From positions 1 through 11,411 of the forward strand of contig JAEOTX010000035.1 of the NCBI GenBank assembly GCA_016839605.1: a DNA stretch of 11,411 bases, written 5' to 3'. Positions 5,973 to 11,411 of this stretch are shown here, in pieces (the first letter of the stretch is position 1; each line of letters opens with the position of its first letter). The notes under the pieces were generated by a model. It was not told the DNA's origin and did no database searches. It was given only the letters and a program-made list of their open reading frames with translations. Origin of the DNA: Candidatus Thorarchaeota archaeon. GTDB lineage: Archaea; Asgardarchaeota; Thorarchaeia; Thorarchaeales; Thorarchaeaceae. Made by a program: the position numbers and the translations under genes.

Positions 5973-7866
5973 AGGGGAGGCTGTCTGTACTCATTGCGCA
6001 AAGCATGAGGAAGAAGACACCAAGACAAGCATGAATGAGAAGTATGCCTTGGCAGGTCTCTCTTCCGTTACTTGGGTAGTTGCCATTCTAGTGGAACTAC
6101 TTTGGCAGAACCAGCTCATTGTCTATAGCCTGTCAATTGCTGCAATTCTAGTAGCAGGGAGATGGATCATTCCAAGAGGGCTACGCGGTGCCGCTAAAAT
6201 CCATCTAGACATCAATTTCCTAATGACATTTGCAGCCTTTGCAGCCCTCATTATTGGTGCACCTCTGGAAGGAGCTGCCGCCATGTACCTCTTCTTCATC
6301 GCCAATCTCCTTGAAGACAGAGCAAGTGCGCAGGTACGAAATGACATCCAAGGCTTGCTGGAGCTAGCCCCACAGATGATCACCTTGAAGACTTCTTCAG
6401 GGCTAGTTGAGGTTCCGGTTGAATCAGGGCAGATGGGCGAGGTCTTTGTAGTCAAGCCGGGTGATAGAATTGGGCTTGATGGAATAGTCGTGTCTGGAAC
6501 CACCAGTGTGAATCAGAGCCCAATAACGGGAGAGTCAGTTCCGGTTTCCAAGCAAGTTGGGGACACGGTGTATGCTGGAACAATCAACATGGATGGCTCG
6601 GTTGAGATTGAGGTCACTCACTTATCAAGTGAGACTGTGCTCTCTCGCATAGTGTCACTTGTAGATGAAGCACGAAGCAAGAGGTCGCCCACTGAAAAGC
6701 TTGTATCTAGGATTTCTCACAGGTACACTCCAATGGTTGTGCTAGCGTCAGCAGCAATGGTAGTAGTAACATTCGCCTTTGGGTTCACTTTGCAGGATGC
6801 AGTCTATCGAGGACTTACACTGCTAGTCACCTCATGTCCATGCGCTTTTGTGATTTCTATTCCAGTGAGTATGGTCAGTTCAATCGCGGGTTCGGCACGT
6901 AGCGGTGTCCTTGTAAAGGGATCTGAATATATTGAAGCTCTGAGTAAGTCATCAGTTGTTGCATTCGATAAAACTGGAACTCTGACTGAGGGAGTGCTCC
7001 AGGTAGAAAACATTACACAGGCAAATGGGGCGACCAGAGAGGAAGTGCTTCACATTGCAGGTTCTTTGGAGCAATATTCTGAGCATCCCATTTCCAGAGC
7101 AGTCACACAATTGGCAGAGATAGAAAGAGTGACTCTTGGCACCGTCGACTCATTTCAAGCCATAGCAGGGAGAGGAGTCACAGGTGAGATTGGTGGAGAC
7201 AAAGTTGTGGCTGGCAATAGGGGTCTGATGCAGGAAAAGGGAATCGATATTCCTGACAACGACACTCAGAAGGCTGGAACTAATGTATACGTTGCCAAGA
7301 ATGGAAATCATGTTGGGACAATAAGGCTGATGGATTCAGTTAGACACACCGCAAGACGAGCTATTCAGGATTTATCCGCGATGGGCATTAGATCAGTCAT
7401 GCTGACTGGAGATAATGAAGCCACAGCCGTTCATGTTGCGAAGATACTTCAAGTAGATGAATACCATGCGGATCTTCTTCCTCACGAAAAGGTGGAGGCC
7501 GTGGAATCCATAACTGATGAAGGAACACATCTCTTTGTCGGAGACGGAATAAACGACGCGCCAGCTATGGCAGCATCAGATGTTTCTGTTGCGATGGGTG
7601 TAATTGGGAGCGACTTGGCCTTGGAAACCGCTGATGTGGCTCTTATGGAAGACGACCTTGAGAAGATTCCCATTCTTATCCAGCAAGCACAGAAGACCAT
7701 GTCTATTGTCAAACAGAACATTGCAGTGTCAATTGGCATCAAGGCAGCTGTAGCAATCTTGGCAATAGCTGGACTGGCGACTCTCTGGTTAGCTGTTGGA
7801 GTAGGTGATATGGGAGTTTCGTTACTCGTTATTGCGAATGCTTTGAGACTAGCAATGCGACGATAG
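5956..7866 (+). CDS. cadA: Heavy-metal-translocating P1B-2-type ATPase (Zn/Cd/Pb; ZntA/CadA-like)
   Basis: ITGES, SCPCAF, FDKTGTLT, SEHP, LTGD, VGDGINDAP; N and K in the penultimate TM (QNIAVSIGIK) and DMG in the last TM are P1B-2 signatures. Start reassigned from 5878 to in-frame ATG 5956, which overlaps the arsR end by 17 nt. Confidence 0.9.
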   Translation: MLLESEGEAVCTHCAKHEEEDTKTSMNEKYALAGLSSVTWVVAILVELLWQNQLIVYSLSIAAILVAGRWIIPRGLRGAAKIHLDINFLMTFAAFAALIIGAPLEGAAAMYLFFIANLLEDRASAQVRNDIQGLLELAPQMITLKTSSGLVEVPVESGQMGEVFVVKPGDRIGLDGIVVSGTTSVNQSPITGESVPVSKQVGDTVYAGTINMDGSVEIEVTHLSSETVLSRIVSLVDEARSKRSPTEKLVSRISHRYTPMVVLASAAMVVVTFAFGFTLQDAVYRGLTLLVTSCPCAFVISIPVSMVSSIAGSARSGVLVKGSEYIEALSKSSVVAFDKTGTLTEGVLQVENITQANGATREEVLHIAGSLEQYSEHPISRAVTQLAEIERVTLGTVDSFQAIAGRGVTGEIGGDKVVAGNRGLMQEKGIDIPDNDTQKAGTNVYVAKNGNHVGTIRLMDSVRHTARRAIQDLSAMGIRSVMLTGDNEATAVHVAKILQVDEYHADLLPHEKVEAVESITDEGTHLFVGDGINDAPAMAASDVSVAMGVIGSDLALETADVALMEDDLEKIPILIQQAQKTMSIVKQNIAVSIGIKAAVAILAIAGLATLWLAVGVGDMGVSLLVIANALRLAMRR

Positions 7867-7867
7867 G

Positions 7868-9457
7868 CTAGCGAAACGAGTTCATTGCATGTACACCAGC
7901 TTCAAGAAACAGGAAGACGATTGCCAATACATAGAATGGGAGGGCGACAAGTATCAATAGCTCATGCGCCAAAGCTGCAACTAAGGCAATCAATACCGCA
8001 CCCAAAGTGAGATTGACAACTGGAAATGAGAAAGCCAAGGGAACAGGAAGTATCCTTGGATCATTAGTAAAGACTGGGACAAATGCACCTATAGCTATTC
8101 CTGATGCTGTGAATATTAGGACCAGTGGAGCTGCAAGAGTGAGTAATGCACCAAAACCCTGAACTCGAAAGAAATAGGCGATGAATCCAAGAATTGGGAT
8201 TGAAGAAAGCCCAACCTCCATGAGGCTTAGCATATATTTTGCTAGTATGATATCTATTGGTTTGAAAGGACTTGCTTTCAAGAGGTAGATATTATCTTGT
8301 TCATCTACAAAGCTTAAGAGACTCGTGACACTGCTGAGCTGAATCATGAGAAGCACTATGAGTAAGAATGCTGGAATCGCAGTTGAGCTAAGTTCTGGAG
8401 GAATTTGCATTGGAGCAAGGTTGGCAGGTCTTACTAAGTTGAGGTATACGACAAAGATAGTACCAAAGACAACATACACATATTTCCAGATCTGAAGAGG
8501 GCTTCTCATTCTAGACCAGAAGTCCTTAAGCATTATCCAAGACATCGGGTCGGAGAATCTGGTTTCTGTGAAGTCTACCTGCCCTCTGACTATCTTACTA
8601 AATCGCCCTTCAACTTTCTCTCTCCCTGCAGCAGTTGCAAAGACTTCGTAATAGTCAAAATCACACAAAGCGGATAGAAAAAGGAATGATATCAGAAAAC
8701 CAAGAGCGAGGAATTGCAATCCCACAAGTGGACCATATCCCCATGATAATATTCCTGTGACTTCAGTGACTATGTACGCGAAAGCATTTGATGGAACTAG
8801 CATTGATTCCACGGAGCTGCTGGTTACTGATGGAATTGTAGGAAGGAGTGCCAAAACCACTAGAAGAACCACTAGTAGATGTCTAATGGGATTGTTGGTC
8901 CTCTGTTGCAGCTTGACCTTGAAGTAAGATGCAATCCCACCTAGGAAGTAATTCACTTCGAAGAATATGATGGTAGTGATTAGGAGTGTAAATAGGGGCA
9001 TGAATAGAATGTTTGCAGAGCTCACAATAGGGAAGATTGCAACAAGGCCTGCGAAGATGAAGACAATCTTGCGGACAAGTCTGCGAACGTATCTACTCAT
9101 GAATAGCTGATAAGGTTTGATGGGTGCACCAAGAATAATGGACTCATCATTTTCAGTCAATACCGCAGCAGGACCCAGACCGAAATAACCTCCAACAATA
9201 GAGGACAGTGTCAACACTCCCATCGCAGTGAATACCGTTCCACGATCAAGCACATCTTCCACAAGCACACCTAGCAGGAATACTACTGGACCAAAACTCA
9301 GGACCGTCGATATAATTACACTAACGAAATACACGCCAATGATGGTTATTCCGTAGAACATCAGCATCGATGGTGTTCTAATCGTGCGTTTGAACTGGTT
9401 CCAAAGCATCCGGACCTCGTTTCTAGCAAGGGTAACGGTAGTGACAACCAAGTTCAA
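7868..9457 (-). CDS. ABC exporter permease, multi-TM, two-repeat ABC-2-like
   Basis: About 12 hydrophobic segments in two similar halves (IILGAPIKPYQLFMSRY / YLLKASPFKPIDIILAKY); immediately downstream of an ABC ATPase. SD AGGTGA suggests TTG 9451 may be the true start. Confidence 0.82.
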   Translation of the reverse strand: MNLVVTTVTLARNEVRMLWNQFKRTIRTPSMLMFYGITIIGVYFVSVIISTVLSFGPVVFLLGVLVEDVLDRGTVFTAMGVLTLSSIVGGYFGLGPAAVLTENDESIILGAPIKPYQLFMSRYVRRLVRKIVFIFAGLVAIFPIVSSANILFMPLFTLLITTIIFFEVNYFLGGIASYFKVKLQQRTNNPIRHLLVVLLVVLALLPTIPSVTSSSVESMLVPSNAFAYIVTEVTGILSWGYGPLVGLQFLALGFLISFLFLSALCDFDYYEVFATAAGREKVEGRFSKIVRGQVDFTETRFSDPMSWIMLKDFWSRMRSPLQIWKYVYVVFGTIFVVYLNLVRPANLAPMQIPPELSSTAIPAFLLIVLLMIQLSSVTSLLSFVDEQDNIYLLKASPFKPIDIILAKYMLSLMEVGLSSIPILGFIAYFFRVQGFGALLTLAAPLVLIFTASGIAIGAFVPVFTNDPRILPVPLAFSFPVVNLTLGAVLIALVAALAHELLILVALPFYVLAIVFLFLEAGVHAMNSFR

Positions 9458-9470
9458 TCACCTGCATGAA

Positions 9471-10415
9471 CTATTCAGGAATGCCTCCAGTCAGTTCGAG
9501 AAAGACTTCCTCCAGATTTGTAGCACGAGTGCTCTCATTGAGTAGTTCTTTCAGGGTTCCTCTGCCTACAACCTTTGCATCATTCATTATGACAAATCTA
9601 TCACACAATCTCTCCGCCACCTCAAGAATATGCGTGGAAACAAGTATGGCTGAACCTTCTTTCTTTAAATCATGAAGATGCGCTTTGAGGCTCCAAGCCC
9701 CGCGTGGGTCTAATCCGTAGATTGGCTCATCGAAGGCCAGCACAAAGGGCGGCTCTCTGACAAATATGCCAACCAACAGTGTTCTCTGAAGATTTCCCTT
9801 TGAGAGCGTACCAATGTAGTCATCCAAATGCACTCGAAGCTGGAACATGTCTAGATAGTGACTCATCCGAACCAAGGTTTCTTCATTTGGGACATCATAG
9901 ATTCGACCCATAAACATGAGATACTCTCTCACAGTTAGACTAGGATAACAGGTCGGCTTTTCAGGGATATAGCCGATCAAATCCTTTGCTTGAATTGGTG
10001 ACTTCTGTATATCATGGCCACCTACGCTGACCTCTCCTCCGTTTGGCTTGATTATTCCTGTCATGACTCGCAATGTAGTCGTCTTGCCTGCACCATTGGG
10101 TCCCACAAGTCCTACGATTTCGCCAGGAGAAACTTTTAGGTCTAGTTTGTCTACCGCCAATGTCTTGCCAAATCGCTTAGACATTCCCTTGATATCAACA
10201 GCTGGGTTTGGCAATTTCTTTGGTTTGTCAGCTCTCTTCTCCTTACGCTCTTCCATCGTGTTAGATAATTCTTCAACAAGCCAACTTCGTTTTACTGTGC
10301 GACTGGCGATTGGTACTTTGAGAACGCGAGCTAATCTTACAAGCTCATCATCAGTCATCTTTTGAATCGCAGATAGTTCCACACTCAGTCGAGGCGCCTC
10401 CAGCCACTGTGTCAA
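9471..10415 (-). CDS. ABC transporter ATP-binding protein (EcsA/CcmA-like) with ~70-aa N-terminal extension
   Basis: Walker A GPNGAGKTT, GYIPE loop, signature LSKGN, Walker B/D-loop LAFDEPIYGLD, H-switch STHIL, C-terminal LEEVFLELT. Start uncertain (TTG 10415, or later GTG/ATG 10358). Confidence 0.92.
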   Translation of the reverse strand: MTQWLEAPRLSVELSAIQKMTDDELVRLARVLKVPIASRTVKRSWLVEELSNTMEERKEKRADKPKKLPNPAVDIKGMSKRFGKTLAVDKLDLKVSPGEIVGLVGPNGAGKTTTLRVMTGIIKPNGGEVSVGGHDIQKSPIQAKDLIGYIPEKPTCYPSLTVREYLMFMGRIYDVPNEETLVRMSHYLDMFQLRVHLDDYIGTLSKGNLQRTLLVGIFVREPPFVLAFDEPIYGLDPRGAWSLKAHLHDLKKEGSAILVSTHILEVAERLCDRFVIMNDAKVVGRGTLKELLNESTRATNLEEVFLELTGGIPE

Positions 10416-10493
10416 TAAGCATCTAATAATGAAGACGTGGACTCATAACATAAGAAGTCATGGGTAAGAGTATTCTGCAATCCGTCTTATCAA

Positions 10494-11195
10494 TCAGAAA
10501 TCTTGCACGTAGGGAATGACTCGTTGGTACTTAAGAGACCAATCTTTTACTTCTGTTACTATAGGATAGATCTCTACCCCACTTTTGTGAGCATTTTCAA
10601 GCTCCCTTGCGAATTCCGGATCAGTGTCCGCTTTGGGAGAGAATATTGTAGCATCAGGTCTTTGGATGACGAAGACGACCGCCGCTCTCCTAGCACGCCC
10701 TTCTTGCAGCGATCTAGCGAGATTTCTAAGGTGTCTAGCTCCCCTTTCTGTTGGTGCATCGGGGAAAAGCGCATGACCATCTTCAACTAGCGTGCATGAC
10801 TTGACTTCAATGAATGTAGTACCCTTGGACCCATCCAACCTGAAGTCGAATCTCCCATCGTAGATCCTTGGCTCAGGAGTGACCGCATCATATGGTAGAA
10901 ACCAGTCAAGCTCTCGATTCAGGAGTCTTTCCTTCATGAAGCGATTTGGCAAATTGGAATCGATTGAAATCAGAACATTGTCATGCCATAGCCCTATCAT
11001 GTCATAATTGGTCTTTCGATGAAGTCCTGCCCTTTGTCTTAGAAACACTTGTCTTCCGGGAATCATCAGTTCATACATTCTGCCAGGATTTGGAATGAAT
11101 ACCTCAACAACCTTCCCTTCAACCTCAACCCTTCCGAGAAATCTATTTGGTCTGTCGATGAAAATTGCCTCAGTTACTTCGCCTTCTGCTACCAT
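10494..11195 (-). CDS. sfsA: SfsA-family protein (OB-fold plus PD-(D/E)xK nuclease domain)
   Basis: RPNRF, PNPGRM, RFDF, FIEVKSCTL, FPDAPTERGARHL and FVIQR are characteristic SfsA motifs. Confidence 0.95.
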   Translation of the reverse strand: MVAEGEVTEAIFIDRPNRFLGRVEVEGKVVEVFIPNPGRMYELMIPGRQVFLRQRAGLHRKTNYDMIGLWHDNVLISIDSNLPNRFMKERLLNRELDWFLPYDAVTPEPRIYDGRFDFRLDGSKGTTFIEVKSCTLVEDGHALFPDAPTERGARHLRNLARSLQEGRARRAAVVFVIQRPDATIFSPKADTDPEFARELENAHKSGVEIYPIVTEVKDWSLKYQRVIPYVQDF

Positions 11196-11253
11196 TGTAG
11201 AACAAATGTGAAGAATTGAGGGCGTAAATTGCTCTTCCGGTATGGTATCAAGC

Positions 11254-11411
11254 TCAGAAGAATTCTGTAAGGGTAGCCTGAGTTCCCCTTTCAGTGAGTC
11301 CTGAAACCTTCACACCTATGAGCCGCACGTATTTGTGGGGGTCTCTTTTCCTATCAAAGATCTCAACAGCCAGCTGTTGAAGCATCTCTTGGTCGTCAGT
11401 CTCTACCGGGA
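11254..11411 (-). CDS. dinB: DNA polymerase IV (DinB/Dpo4, Y-family), C-terminal fragment with PIP box
   Basis: My translation (11409->11254) is PVETDDQEMLQQLAVEIFDRKRDPHKYVRLIGVKVSGLTERGTQATLTEFF*. VRLIGVKVSGL matches the last strand of the little-finger domain and QATLTEFF matches QxxLxxFF. Missing from the ORF track because it is truncated. Confidence 0.85.
   Translation of the reverse strand, partial: PVETDDQEMLQQLAVEIFDRKRDPHKYVRLIGVKVSGLTERGTQATLTEFF

Noticed and set aside
5612-7866. arsR-cadA considered as a mobile resistance cassette
   Set aside because: No transposase, integrase, terminal repeats or target-site duplication visible, and the promoter looks native archaeal.
9780-9806. 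Non-canonical ABC signature LSKGN
   Set aside because: LSKG variants are common in EcsA/CcmA-type exporter ATPases, and all other catalytic motifs are intact.
585-10790. Other short track ORFs (585-839, 1655-1843, 3119-3340, 3177-3425, 4307-4564, 4671-4985, 5179-5373, 5421-5612, 6123-6503, 6804-7013, 7482-7742, 9466-9675, 10048-10365, 10503-10790, 10574-10786)
   Set aside because: All lie within or largely overlap well-supported genes in antisense or alternate frames and show no family motifs.

Overview
Gene-dense prokaryotic chromosomal window that looks archaeal: TATA-like boxes precede several genes, a C-terminal PCNA-interacting PIP box ends a Y-family polymerase, and the histidine kinase has an archaeal-type HDxxN H-box. 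An Asgard/Thorarchaeota-like origin is only my impression and is untested. Left to right: 5' part of a two-TM bacterial-PH-domain membrane protein (-, missing from the ORF track); metallo-beta-lactamase-fold hydrolase (-); NfeD/YqiJ-like membrane protein with a 122-aa His/Asp/Glu periodic repeat (+); flotillin-like SPFH protein (+); hairpin terminator; PAS-PAS histidine kinase with an unusual C-terminal CxxC thioredoxin-like domain (-); a divergent promoter with an SmtB-type 12-2-12 operator superimposed on the TATA box; ArsR/SmtB regulator and P1B-2 (ZntA/CadA-type) ATPase (+); ABC permease and ABC ATPase with an N-terminal helix-extension-helix (Rho-N/SAP-like) extension (-); sfsA (-); 3' end of dinB/Dpo4 (-, missing from the ORF track). 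No RNA genes, CRISPR arrays or mobile elements were seen. The best candidates for novelty are the kinase-thioredoxin fusion, the His/acid-repeat NfeD-flotillin pair next to a metal-efflux operon, and the HeH-ABC ATPase fusion.
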